Origin: Clostridiales bacterium | Lineage (GTDB): Bacteria; Bacillota; Clostridia; Christensenellales; Aristaeellaceae | NCBI GenBank assembly: GCA_015056245.1 | Contig: SVGQ01000003.1 | Span: 2,689 to 66,688 of the forward strand | Reading direction: 5' to 3' | DNA length: 64,000 nucleotides | Shown here: piece by piece, positions 39,201 to 54,200 of the stretch | Layout: each line of letters begins with the position of its first letter | Position numbering within the stretch: the stretch's first letter is position 1 | Position numbers and translations under genes: made by a program | The notes under the pieces: generated by a model | What the model was told of the DNA's origin: nothing | The model's input: the letters and a program-made list of their open reading frames with translations, nothing else | The model's database searches: none

Positions 39201-42200
39201 AATCCGTTGTTCTGACCGCCAAGAAGGTATTGACCGGCCCCGCGTCCAATGCTCTTGCAGAGGGTCAGTTCACCTTCAAGCTGTATGCCGAGAACGGCGC
39301 TGTGCTGCAGACAAAGACCAACGGTGCTAATGGTACCGTCACCTTTGATGCCATCACCTACGATAAGGCTGGCACCTACAAGTACACCATCTCTGAAGTG
39401 AATGCCGGTGAGAACGGCTACACTTACGATACCAATGTTTACAGCGCTGTGGTCGTTGTTTCTCAGGACGAGACGACCAAGCAGCTGAGCACTGCTGTGA
39501 CCTATTCTCTCGAGAATAATCCCGTAACCGAGGCTGTGTTCACCAACACCTACGAGGTGGAGCCCGTCAGCGTGACCATTCCTGTGAAGAAGACGGTCAA
39601 CGCCAACGGCAACACCAATGTGCCTGACATTGCCGACCAGTTCACTTTCGTGCTGAAGGATAAGGAAGGCAACGTTGTTGAGAGCATCAAGAGCAATGGC
39701 GCTGGTAACACCGTAACCTTCACGCCCATTGAGTTCACTGCCGCAGGTACCTATGAGTACACGGTTGTTGAAACCGGTCATGTGGCTGGCTTCGTCAATG
39801 ACCAGACTGTCAAGACTGTGACCATCAAGGTTGATGACAACAAGGCCGGCGAGCTGGTTACCGAGCTGGTTGATAACAAGACTGCTGAGGTTGTCTTCGC
39901 CAACAGCTATGAAACGGTTGATGTGAATGGCAACAAGGATTGGCAGGGCGATGGCGCTTACGTGGCGGTCAGCCGTCCCGAAAGCATCACGGTTCGCCTG
40001 CTGGCTGACACCGTGGCTGCCAAGGATGCCAGTGGCAACGAGATCACCGCAACGGTTACCGAAGCGGGCAGCTGGGAGTGGGCCTTCAACGACCTGCCCA
40101 AGTACAGCGATGCGGAAGGCAAGAACCTGATCACCTACACGGTTGTGGAAGATGTGCCCGCCGGCTATACCATGAGCCAGAATGGCACCACCATCATCAA
40201 CACCCTGAAGACCGTTAACAAGAACGGTACCAAGGTTTGGGCTGACGATTCCAACAAGTACGGAACCCGTCCTGCTCAGGTCACCATCAAGGCCATGCAT
40301 GGCAATGTGGTGGTTGCTACCACTACTGCCAGCAGCCCGGATTGGACCTGGAGCTTCACTGGTCTGCCCCAGTACGACAATACTGGCACTGAGATCGACT
40401 ACACCTTCGCCGAAGAACCGGTGAACGGTTATACTGCTACTGTTGTTGGCAACACCGTTACCAACACTCTCAAGACCACCGAGCTGCGCGGCACCAAGGT
40501 CTGGGTTGACGACAGCAACGCGGAAGGCTTCCGTCCCGCCACTGTTGAGGTGAACCTGTACAAGACCATTGGCAATGCGGGTTCCGAGTTCGTGGAAACC
40601 AAGGAAGTGAAAGGTACCGGCGATACCTGGATCTGGGCATTCACCGGTCTGCCCAAGTATGCTTATGATGAAGAGGGCAATGAAATCGAGATCGTCTACA
40701 CCGTGGACGAAGTGAAGGTGCCCGCTGGCTATACCAAGAATGTCAACGGCACCACCATCACCAACACCCGTACGGTTGAGTACATCGACATTCCTGTTAC
40801 CAAGGTCTGGGATGATAACGACGGCGAGGAAGGCTTCCGTCCTGAAAAGATCACCGTGCATCTCTACGAAGTCGGTAAGAACGAAGACGGTTCTGAGAAG
40901 CTTGATAAGGTTGAGGAAGTAGACATCACTCCGGATGCCGATGGCAACTGGAAGTATACCTTCACTCACCTGCTCAAGTACAAGAACGGTCAGCTGGTTC
41001 AGTACCGTGTTGTAGAGGATCAGGTTGATAAGTACAACGTGCCCGGCGTGGAAATGGATGCGAATTACAACGTAACCATCACCAACAGCCGCAATCAGGA
41101 GTTCACCAGCCTGTCCGGCAAGAAGATTTGGGATGACAATGACAACGCGCTGAATATGCGTCCAGCAAGCATCACCATCGTGCTGTATGCCGACGACGAG
41201 GCCACCGATAAGTCCGTCACTCTGAATACTGCTGATTATCCCGGCAATGAGTGGACCTGGGAGTTCACCGGTCTGCAAAAGTATAAGGATGGCGAAGAGA
41301 TCGTCTATAAAGTGGTTGAGAATGCAGTTCCTTACTACACCACCACCTACAGTGACGATACCACCATCATCACCAACAAGTACAAAGATGAAAAGACCAC
41401 CGTCAGCGGCAAGAAGGTCTGGAACGACGGCAACAACGTGGAAGGCTTCCGTCCTGCCACCATCACCGTTGAGCTGTACGAGAAGGTCGGCGACAGCGAA
41501 CGGAAGAAGGTTGACGAACAGGTACTCAGCGGAGATACCAATGAGTGGAACTTCACCTTCAAAGACCTGCCCAAGTACAAGAGCGGCGTGGAAGTTATTT
41601 ACTCCGTGGCTGAAGTGCTGGCGGATGAAGCTGGTCGGCTGTCTTGGGTGCAGTGGTATGGCGAGCCCGATGTGAGCGGCACCACCATCACCAATGACCG
41701 CGAAGTTGAGTATGTTAACATTCCTGTCACCAAGGAATGGGATGACAACAATAACGCGGAAGGCTTCCGTCCCTCTTATGTGACCGTGACCCTGAATAAG
41801 GTGACCGGTACCAATGAGGATGGTTCCGAGGAACTCGAGGAGCTGAACTACACCCATAATCTGGTAGCCGGCGAAAATTGGACTTATACCTTCACCAATC
41901 TGCTCAAGTATGAAGACGGCGAGCTGATCCAGTACCGCGTCACGGAAGAGCAGGTAGCCAACTACGATGTTCCCGAAGTGGAGTGGACTGAGTATACCTT
42001 CACCGTGACCAACAGCCGCGAGAAGGAAAATACCAAGCTCAGCGGCAAGAAGGTTTGGGATGACAACAGCAACGCTCTGGGCATGCGTCCCAGCAGCATT
42101 GTGGTTGAGCTGTACAAGGGCGACACTCCCACCGGCCAGACCCAGACCGTCACCGGCACTGGCAATGAGTGGACTTGGGAGTTCACCGAGCTGCCCAAGT

Positions 42201-45200
42201 ATGAAAACGGCACTGAGATCATCTACACTGCCCGTGAGCATGCGGTCGAGCACTACGCCGTTTCCTACAATGACACCACCAATACCATTACCAATACGTA
42301 CAACAATGAAAAGGTCGAAATCAGCGGCGAGAAGGTCTGGACTGACGGCAACAACGTGGAAGGCTTCCGTCCTGCGACTCTGATCATCGAACTGTACGCC
42401 AAGGTTGGCGAGATGACCGAGCTGTACGACAGCAAGGAAATCTCCGCCACCGATAACTGGAAGTTCACCTTCAAAGACCTGCCCAAGTACAAGAACCACA
42501 AGGAAGTTGAATACTCCGTGGCTGAAAAGCTGACGGATGGCAACAATGTGGAACTGGATTGGGTGAAGTGGTATGATGTGCGTACTGTGGAAGGCACCAC
42601 CATCACCAACAAGCGTGATGTCGAAGACATCGACATTACCGTTACCAAGAAATGGGAAGACAACAATAACGCGGAGGGCTTCCGCCCCGCCAGCGTCAAT
42701 GTCCAGTTGGTCAAGGTAACTGCACCTGCCACCGAGACCACCGCTGAGGTGACCGAGAATGTCGGCGCCAAGGTTGAACTGCCCCAGAACAACAGCTGGA
42801 CCTATACCTGGAATGACCTGCCCAAGTATGAGAACGGCAAGGAGATCGTCTACAATGTTGTTGAGGATGAGGTAGCCAACTACACTACCACTTACTCCGG
42901 CAATGTTGAGGAAGGTTTCACCGTTACCAACACGCATACCGACACCTTTGTGGAAGTGAAGGGTGTGAAGGTCTGGGATGACGCAAATGATGCTGCGGGC
43001 TTCCGTCCTAAGACCATCACGATCCAGCTGAAGGCCAACAACGAGGTCAAGGCTACCGCGACCATCTCTGCTAAGAATATCGATGCGAATGGTCATTGGG
43101 CCTTTACCTTCGGCCGGCTGCCCAAGTTTGCCAACGGTCAGGAAATCACCTACACCGTTGTGGAAATCCGCAACAATGTGGAAACCACGCTGACTTGGGA
43201 AGACATGTACACCACTGCCATCACCGGCAATGTTGCGGATGGCTTCACCGTTACCAATACCTACGAGCCCGAGTACTTCGATATCAACGGCTCCAAGGTT
43301 TGGGAGGACGATTCCAACCGTGACGGCATCCGTCCCGGCAGCATCACCATCACTCTGTCTGCTAACGGCACGGTAAAGGAGACCACTACTGCTATCTCCG
43401 AAAACAACTGGGCTTGGAAGTTTGAGCATCTGCCCAAGTATGTTGAAGGTGCGGAAGTTGTCTACACTGTGACCGAAGCCGAAGTGCCTGGTTATACCAC
43501 CACGATCGACGGCTTCAAGATCACCAATACCCATGAGCCTGAAGAGGTCCAGATCACCGTTGTCAAGGATTGGGACGACAACGACGATCAGGATGGCATC
43601 CGTCCGGAAAGCGTCACTGTGCAGCTGACTGCGAACAGCAGTAATGAAGGCGAAGCCGTAACGCTGGACGAGGAGAATCGTTGGACCTACACCTGGACCG
43701 GCCTGAAGAAGAACGCCAACGGCGCTGCCATCACTTACAACGTGGTGGAAAGCGAAGTGGATGGTTATGAGTCCGACGTCACCTTCACCAAGGTTAATGA
43801 CGGCAACTATTCCTTCACTGTTAAGAACACTCACGCTCCCGAAACCATCGATATTCCCGTCACCAAGCACTGGAACGATGCTGCGAACGTGGACGGCGTA
43901 CGCCCCACCAGCATCACCTATAAGCTGTGGAAGACCGTGGAATCCGATGAAACCGAGGGCGAAAAGGTTGTGACCGAGGGCGAGCAGGAAGAAGAGACCG
44001 CAGAGGAACCCTTCCGTACCGCTGTGGTTGAGTCTCCCTGGACTTACACCTTCGAAGATCTGCCCGTTTTCGAAGACGGCAAGCCGATCACCTACACCGT
44101 GACCGAAGATGCGGTGCCCGGCTATACCACCCAGGTGGAAGGTTTCACCGTTACCAACACCCATGCGCCCGAAGAGACCACCATTACCGCCACCAAGGTC
44201 TGGGAGGATGCTGATAATCAGGACGGCAAGCGTCCCACCGCCATCACCCTGCACCTGTATGCCGATAATGTGAAGCTCGAAGGCAAGTCTGTTACGCTGT
44301 CCGGCGATGGTAACAGCTGGTCCCACACCTGGAACAACCTGCCCAAGCACAAGTTGGGCGCCGTGAAGACCCCGATCCAGTACACCGTTGAGGAAGAACT
44401 GGGCAAGACCGCCAAGGATTATGGCTACGAGTCCGAGGTGACCGGCAACATGGCCGATGGTTACACCATCACCAACAGCCTGACACCCGAAAAGACCGAG
44501 ATCTCTGTGGAGAAGGTCTGGGACGACAATTATAATCAGGATGATATCCGTCCTGCTTCTGTCACCGTTCGCCTGCTGGCTGGCGGCAAGGAAGTTGCCA
44601 GTGTTGAGCTGAATGCTGACAATGTCTGGAAGCATACCTGGACCGATCTTGACAAGTATGCGGGTGGTCAGCTGATCAACTACACTGTCTCCGAGGATCC
44701 CATCACCGTTACCGGCGCTGATACCGGCTACGAAGTGAAGATCACCGGCAGCGCTGAAAACGGCTATGTGGTTACCAACAAGCACGTACCCGATACGGTT
44801 ACCGTAAACGGCAGCAAGACTTGGAACGACAGCAACGACCACGACGGCTTCCGTCCCGAGAGCATCACCATCACGCTGATGGCTGACAGCAATGTTGCCA
44901 AGGATGCAGAGGGCAACGAACTGGTCAAGACCGTTACCGCCGATGATGGCTGGGCTTGGGAATTCAAAAACCTGCCCAAGAAGGCCAATGGTCAGGTTAT
45001 CGTTTACACTGTCACCGAAACGCCCATCAATGTGCCCGGCTACACCGCTCAGCACAACGGTATGAACGTGACCAACTCCTACACGCCCGGCAAGGTGAGC
45101 GTATCCGGTTCCAAGAACTGGGACGACAACAATAATCAGGACGGTCTCCGTCCCGAGAGCATCACCATCAACCTGCTGGCTGACGGTAAGCTGGCTGCAA

Positions 45201-48200
45201 CCAAGACCGTTACCGCCGAGAATGGCTGGATGTGGGATTTCACCGATCTGGACGAGTTCGCAGATGGTAAGAAGATCGTTTACACGATTGAGGAAATCAC
45301 GGTTGAAGGCTATACCAGCGAGGTAGACGGCTACAACATCAAGAATACCCATACCCCCGCAACCACCGAAGTGACGGTGAACAAGGTCTGGGTTGACAAC
45401 GACGATCAGGACGGTCTGCGCAAACCCGTATCCGTTCAGCTGTACGCCAATGGCGTTGCCACCGGCGCTGCGGTCGAACTGAACGAAAGCAACAGCTGGA
45501 CCCATACCTGGACCGGACTTGCCAAGAAGGCTGGCGGTCAGGATATCCTCTACACCGTGGATGAACTGACCGTGCCCACTGGCTACACCAAGTCCATTAG
45601 CGGTACCACCATCACCAATACCCATGAGCCCGCTACCATCAATATCGAGGGTTCCAAGACCTGGGATGATGACAGCGACCGCGACGGCATCCGTCCCAAG
45701 AGCATCACCATCAACCTGCTGGCTGACGGCACTGTTGTCGGCACGCAGACGGTCACTCCCGATGACGACGGCAACTGGAGCTGGAAGTTCGAGAACCGGC
45801 CCAAGTACAAGGCCAAGGGCGTTGAGATCAAGTACACCATCACCGAAGATGCGGTGGATGGCTACGAGACCGCTGTTACCGGCTTCAATGTCAAGAACAC
45901 CCATGCCCCCGAAACCATCACCATCAATGGTTTGAAGGTTTGGGATGACAACCATAACCAGGACGGCAAGCGCACCACCAGCGTGACCATCAACCTGCTG
46001 GCTGACGGCACCAAGGTTGCCACCACCACAGCCAATGCTGATAGTAATTGGAAGTGGAGCTTCCCTGATATGCCCAAGCATCGTGATCATGGCGTTGAGA
46101 TCGTTTACACCGTGACCGAAGAAAAGGTGAACGATTTCTACACTCCCACGATCACCGGCTCCGCCGCTGCTGGTTTCACCGTTACCAATAAGCATGAGCC
46201 TCTCACCACTGATGTTTCCGGTCAGAAGACCTGGGATGACAAGGGCAACCAGGACGGCAAGCGTCCCACCAGCATCACCATTACGCTGTACGCCAATGGC
46301 GAGAAGGTGGCTCTGCCCGAGCTGGAAGGCTTTGTGAATCCGAAGATCGTCACCGAAGCGGATCAGTGGAAGTGGAGCTGGACCGGCCTGCCGCAGTTCG
46401 TGGCTGGCGAGGCTCAGACCTACACCGTAACCGAGGATCCGGTGACCGATTACACCACCATTCCCAATGGTTACAACTTCACCAACAGCACCGATACCGA
46501 GCAGACCTTCGTTACCGTCCATAAGGATTGGAACGATAATAGCAACCAGGACGGTCTGCAGCCCGCCAGCATTCAGGTACAGCTGTACGCCAACGGTACC
46601 GCCAACGGTGATCCTGTTACCCTGAGCAGCAGCAACCACTGGAGCCACACCTGGACCGGCCTGGACAAGAAGGCCAACGGCTCCAATATCGTCTACACTG
46701 TGGACGAAGTGGAGGTGCCTGCTGGCTACGAAAAGGCGTTCACCGTCAACGAAGATGGTTCCTTCACCATCACCAACACCCATGTGCCCGCTACCACCAA
46801 GGTGGAAGGCATCAAGGCTTGGGATGACGCTGGCAACCAGGATGGCAAGCGTCCTTCCAGCGTGACTGTGACCTTGTACGCCAACGGTTCTTTGAAGGCG
46901 ACCACCGAGGCCACCGCAGCCAACAACTGGGCCTGGGAGTTCACCAACCTGCCCTTGAAGGCCAATGGTGAGACCATCATCTATACCGTGGACGAAGTGA
47001 ACGTGCCTGCCGGTTACTCCAAGGAAGGTATCACTGTCAACGAAGATGGTTCCTACACCATCACCAACAAGCACCAGCCCGAGACCATTGAAATCAATGG
47101 TACCAAGGCTTGGGAAGACGCTGGCAACCAGGATGGTATCCGTCCTGACACTGTGACCGTGACCCTGTACGCCGGCGGTTCTGTGAAGGAGACCACCGAG
47201 GCTAAGGCTTCTGAAAACTGGGCCTGGAGCTTCACCAACCTGCCCAAGTATGCCAATGGTACTGAGATCGTCTACACCGTGGATGAAGTGAATGTGCCTG
47301 AGGGCTACACCAAGACTGTTGACGGCACGACCATCACCAATACCCATAATCCTGTGACCATCGAGATCAATGGTACCAAGGAATGGGAAGACGAGGACGA
47401 TCAGGACGGCATTCGTCCCACCAGCGTGACCATCAACCTGAAGGTTGGCGATGAGGTCATCAAGACCACCACTGCTACCGCTGCTGATGGCTGGGAGTGG
47501 AAGTTCGAAGACCTGCCCAAGTTCGAGAATGGCGCAGAAATCGTCTACGAGATTGAGGAAGCGCCCGTAGCCAATTACGAGATTGACATTACCGGCAGCA
47601 TCGCGGAGGGCTACACCGTCACCAACACCCACGAGCCTGCGACCATCGATATCGAAGGCATCAAGGATTGGGACGATGGCAACAACGTGGATGGCAAGCG
47701 TCCCACCAGCGTGACCATTAAGCTGCTGGCTGATAGCAAGGAGACCGGTAAGACCACCACCGCTACCGATGCTGGCAATTGGGCCTGGAGCTTCTCCGAT
47801 CTGCCCAAGTTCCGCGACCAGGGCGAAGAGATCCTCTATACTGTGGAAGAAGACCTCAGCAACAATGTGGAAGACACCACTACTTGGGAAGACCTGTACA
47901 CGCCCACCGTTACCGGTAGCGCTGAGGCTGGCTTCACCATCACCAACACCCACGTGCCTGAGACCATCACCATCGAAGGTTCCAAGACCTGGACCGATAA
48001 CGATGATCAGGATGGCAAGCGTCCCACCAGCATCACCATCAACCTGCTGGCTGATGGCGAGATCGAGAAAACCATCACCGTAACGGCTGCTGACAACTGG
48101 AGCTGGAAGTTCGAAGACCTGCCCAAGTATCGCACCGGTGCGGAAGGTGTGCCGGTCGTCTACGCCATCACTGAGGAAGCGGTGGCGGAGTACACCACCA

Positions 48201-51200
48201 CCTACGATGGCTACAATGTCATCAATACCCATACTCCTGAAAAGATCACCCTGAGCGGTTCCAAGATCTGGGACGATGCTGATAATCAGGACGGCAAGCG
48301 TCCCACCAGCATCACCGTCCGCCTGCTGGCCAATGGCGCGGAAGTTGCTTCCCAGACCATCGAGCCCAATGAAGACGGCACTTGGCCCAGCTGGACGTTC
48401 GCAGACCAGCCCAAGTACGCTGGCGGCTCTGAGATCATCTACACCGTGAGCGAGGATACCGTGGAGGGTTACACCACCACCTATCCCGAAGGCACGCTGA
48501 ACGTGAAGAACTCCTTCACGCCCGGCAAGACCAACGTCTCCGGCAACAAGGTCTGGAACGACAACAACGATCAGGATGGCTGCCGTCCCGATAGCATCAC
48601 CATCACTCTGATGAAGAAGGTCGGCACCGATGCTCCCGTGACCACCGGTCAGACCAGAATTCTGACTGAGGAAACCGGCTGGAGCTGGAACTTCACTGAT
48701 CTGCCGCAGTTCGAAAGCGGTAACGCGATCACCTACTCTGTGGTTGAAACCATGGATGCCGAAGCGATTAAGGCTGGCTACACCACCGAGTACAGCGGCA
48801 ACAATGTGATCAATAACTACACTCCCGAAACCATTACCCTGAGCGGCGCCAAGACCTGGGTCGACGGCGACAATCAGGATAATACCCGCCCCGCCACCAT
48901 TACCATCCGCCTGCTGGCTGATGGTCAGTCCGCAAAGGATGCCGACGGCAACGCCATCGTTGCGACGGTATCTGCTGCTGACGGCTGGGATTGGGAGTTC
49001 ACCAACCTGCCCAAGTACCGCGACCACGGCATTGAGATCGTCTACACCATCACTGAGGATGCTGTAGCGACCTACACCACCGCCATCAGCGGTATGAACG
49101 TGACCAACACCAACGAGCCCGATGTGGTCTCCGTCAGTGTTGAAAAGGTCTGGGAAGACAACAACAACCAGGATGGCAAGCGTTCCGAGTCCATCACTGT
49201 GCAGCTCATCGAAAGCTACAAGCTGGGCGATGAAACCGTGACCAACAACCGCGGTGCTGCCGTTACCCTGAACGAGGGCAACAACTGGAGCCACCAGTGG
49301 ACCAACCTGCCCAAGAATCAGGTTGGCGGCGTGGGCAACCCCGTTACCTACACCGTTTCCGAAGTGGTCGTGCCTAAGGATTACACCTCTTCCACCAACC
49401 GCACGGTAAGCGCTGAGGGTAATGTGAGCTATGTCATCACCAATACCGATACGCCCGATGTGACCAGCATCTCCGGCAGCAAGGTCTGGGACGATAACGA
49501 CGATCAGGACGGCATCCGTCCCGAACAGATCGAGATCAACCTGCTGGCCAATGGCGAAGAGGTTGACAGCATCACTGTCACCACCGACACCAACGGCGAC
49601 TGGAAGTGGTCCTTCACCGGCCTGACCAAGTATGAGGCTGGCGAGGAAATCGAGTATACCTTCACCGAAGACGCTGTGGGCGGCTACACCACCACCTACA
49701 GCGAAGATACCACCGTTGTGACCAACACCCATGCTCCCGCCACCACCAAGGTGGAAGGCAGCAAGACCTGGGACGACGCGAACGATCAGGATGGTCTCCG
49801 TCCCGACAGCATCACCATCCGCCTGCTGGCTGATGGTCAGCCCGCAAAGGATGCCGACGGCAACGCCATCGTTGCGACGGTATCTGCTGCTGACGGCTGG
49901 GATTGGGAGTTCACCAACCTGCCCAAGTTCCGCGACCAGGGCACCGAGATCGTCTACACCATCACGGAAGATGCAGTCGCGAACTACACCACCAATGTGA
50001 GCGGCTACAACGTAACCAACACCCATACGCCCGAAGTGGTCAGCGTCAACGGTTCCAAGATCTGGAACGACGCGAACGATCAGGATGGTCTCCGTCCCGA
50101 CAGCATCACCATCAACCTGCTGGCTGATGGCGAGGTGATCGACAGCGAGATCGTGACCGCCGGCACCAACAACTGGAGCTGGAGCTTCACGAACCTGCCC
50201 AAGTATAAGGATCACGGCACCGAGATCGTGTACGCCATCGAAGAGATTGAAGTGGATGATTACCAGAGCGTCGTGAGTGACTACGACGTAACCAACACCT
50301 ACACGCCCGAAACTCTGGATATCGAAGGCAGCAAGACCTGGATCGACGCTGACAATCAGGACGGCTTCCGTCCCACCAGCATCACCATCCGACTCTTCGC
50401 TGACGGTACCGAGATCGACAGCGCATTGATCGAGCCCGACGACGATGGCAACTGGCCCGGCTGGAAGTTCGAGGATCTGCCCAAGTATCGCGATCATGGT
50501 AAGGAGATCCGTTACAGCATCACGGAAGATGCAGTTGCGAATTACACCACCGAGATCACCGTCAGCGAAGATGGTTTCTACACCGTCACCAACACGCATA
50601 CCCCCGAAGTGGTCACCGTGTCCGGCAGCAAGACCTGGACCGACGCTGATAACCAGGACGGCTTCCGTCCCGAAAAGATCGTCATCCGCCTGCACAAGAC
50701 GGTGAACGGTGCCACCACTGAAGTGGATCACGTGGAAGTGACAGAGACCAACGGCTGGAAGTGGTCCTTCACCAACCTGCCCAAGCGCGAGAAAGGCGTA
50801 GTGATCGTCTACAGCATCACTGAGGATGCGGTTGACAAGTACACCACTCAGGTCAGCGGTTACTCCGTGGTCAATACCCACATCACCGAAAAGGTGGATG
50901 TGGAAGGTACCAAGACCTGGACCGACGCCAATAACCAGGATGGTATCCGTCCCGCCTACATCACCATCAACCTGCTGGCTGATGGCACCTGGATCGACAG
51001 CAAGAACGTAACCGCCGAGAACGACTGGACATGGAGCTGGACCGGCCTTGACAAGTACAAGGAAGGCAAGGAGATCAAGTACACCATCACCGAGGATCCG
51101 GTGAACGGTTACAAGACCGCCATTACCGGCTACAATGTGGAGAACATCCACGTGCCCGAAGTGGTTAAGGTGGCTGGTACCAAGACCTGGAACGACGCCA

Positions 51201-54200
51201 ACAACCAGGATGGCAAGCGTCCCACCAGCATCACCATCAACCTGCTGGCTGATGGCACCTGGCTCGACAGCGCAGTGATCGAGCCCGATACCGACGGCAA
51301 CTGGCCCGGCTGGAAGTTCGAGAACCTGCCCAAGTTCAAGGTTGGCGCTCAGGGACAGGAAGTTGCCTACACCATCACCGAAGACACGGTTTCTGAGTAC
51401 AAGACCGATGTTACCGGCTACGATGTGCTCAACTCCTACACGCCCGGCAAGACCAGCGTGAGCGTGAGCAAGACCTGGGAAGACGATGGCGACCGCGACG
51501 GCCTCCGTCCCGACAGCATCATCTTCATCCTGCTGGCTGACAATGTGGAAGTCGATAGGGTTGAACTGGAGCCCGACGCCAATGGCGTATGGCCCACTCA
51601 CACCTTCAAGGATCTGCCCATTTACAAAGTCGGCGAGGTTGGCCACAAGCTGACCTACACCGTCACGGAAGAACCGGTGGCTGAGTACGTACCCACCTTC
51701 ACCGGCGATGCCAAGACCGGTTACTACTTCACCAATACTCATAAGATCGAGACCGTTGAAGTGTCCGGTACCAAGACCTGGACCGACGCTAACAACCAGG
51801 ACGGCTACCGGCCCACTGAGATCACCATCAACCTGCTGGCTGATACGAAGGTCATTGAGACCATCACCGTCACCGAGGCTGATGGCTGGAGCTGGAGCTT
51901 CACCGACCTGCCCAAGTATCGTGATCATGGCGTGGAGATCGTCTACAGCATCACCGAGAACGAAGTGGCTGAATACACCACCAAGATCGACGGCTACAAC
52001 GTGGAGAACATCCACGAGCCCGAGCTGGTAGATGTTGTTGGTACCAAGACCTGGACCGACGCTGACAACCAGGACGGCTTCCGTCCCGAAAGCATCATCA
52101 TCAACCTGATCGCCAACGAGACGGTTATCGACACTGCAGTCGTTACCGAGGCTGATGACTGGAGCTGGAGCTTCACCAACCTGCCCAAGAAGGCTGCCGG
52201 CGTGGACATCGTCTACACCATCGCTGAAGAAGCAGTGGCAGAATACACCACCGTGATCGACGGCTACGATGTAGAGAACATCCACGTGCCCGAAGTGGTC
52301 GAAGTGTCCGGTACCAAGACCTGGACCGACGCTGACAACCAGGACGGCAAGCGTCCCAGCGTGATCGTCATCAATCTGCTGGCTGACGGCGAGGTCATCA
52401 AGACCATCAACGTCACCGAGGCCGATGGTTGGAGCTGGAAGTTCGACAACCTGCCCAAGTACAAGGTTGGCGCTGAGGGACAGCTGGTCACCTACACCAT
52501 CACCGAGAACGAAGTGGCTGAATACACCACCAAGATCGACGGCTACAACGTGGAGAACATCCACGAGCCCGAGCTGGTAGATGTTGTTGGTGCCAAGACC
52601 TGGACCGATGCTGACAACCAGGACGGCAAGCGTCCTGCCTCCATCACCATCAACCTGCTGGCTGACGGCGAGGTCATCAAGACCGTTACCGTCACCGCGG
52701 CTGAAGACTGGAGCTGGAAGTTCACCGACCTGCCCAAGTACAAGGTTGGCGCTGAAGGACAGCTGGTCACCTACACCATCACCGAGAACGAAGTGGCTGA
52801 ATACACCACCGAGATCGACGGCTACAATGTGGAGAACATCCACGTGCCCGAAGTGGTCGAAGTGTCCGGTACCAAGACCTGGATCGACGCTGACAACCAG
52901 GACGGCAAGCGTCCCAGCGTGATCGTCATCAACCTGCTGGCTGACGGCGAGGTCATCAAGACCGTCAATGTCACCGCGGCTGAAGACTGGAGCTGGAAGT
53001 TCACCGATCTGCCCAAGTACAAGGTCGGCGCGCAGGGACAGCTGGTTACCTACACCATCACCGAGAACGAAGTGGCTGAATACACCACTGAGATCACCGG
53101 CTACGATGTGGAGAACATCCACGTGCCCGAACTGATCGACATCGCTGGCAGCAAGACCTGGAACGATGCCGACAACCAGGACGGCGTACGTCCCGCCAGC
53201 ATTGTGATCAAGCTGATGGAAGGCAGCACGGTCGTGAAGACTGTGACTGTGACCGAGGCTGACGGCTGGAAGTGGAGCTTCGAAGACCTGCCCAAGTACC
53301 GTCCCGGCGCTGTTGGCGACGAGATCGAGTACTACGTGGTCGAGGAACTGGATAAGGCCGCTGCCGCTGAATACACCGTAACGGTGGATGGCTACAACGT
53401 AACCAATACCCATACTCCCAACCGCGTTGAGATCACCGGTTCCAAGACCTGGGTTGACCTGAACAACATCTACCTCAAGCGGCCCGACAGCGTTACCATC
53501 CGCCTGCTGGCTGATGGCGTCGAGATCGACAGCCGCAAGGTGACGGAGGCTGACAACTGGAGCTGGACCTTCACCAACCTGCCCAAGTACAAGGCTGGCG
53601 AAATCGGCAAGGAAATCACCTACACCATCACCGAAGATGTGGTCACCGGTTACATCACCACCGTGGACGATTTCAACGTGACCAATACCATGAACTTGGT
53701 CGAGTTTATCAAGCTGGACGAACAGACCGGCAAGCGTCTCCCCGGCGCCAAGTTCGCTCTGTACGAGGGCACTGTGGCATCCTACGATCCCGCCAAGCCC
53801 ATCGAGACCTGGGTATCCGATAAGAATACCAAGATCCTCGCCGGCCTGAAGGTTGGCCAGACCTACACCATCGTGGAAACCGAAGCACCCTCCGGCTACG
53901 CGATGATGGTTCCCTTCCAGTTCACCGTACAGCTGACCGACATCCCCGGCACCTACCGTGCCTTCTCCGTCAGCAACTGCCACGTGTACCGCTTCCGCAA
54001 GCTGGATAGCTCCAACAACGGTCTGGTACATGGCGCGCATCTGGCGATTATGGACAGCTACAACAACATCATCGAATCCTGGTGGACCAATGGCGACAAC
54101 AATGGATGGCATGAGGTTGTTGACAGCAAGCTGGTAGCCGGTAAGGACTACAAGCTGGTCGAGCTGGAAGCTCCGTGGGGCTATGAAGTGGCTGATCCGA

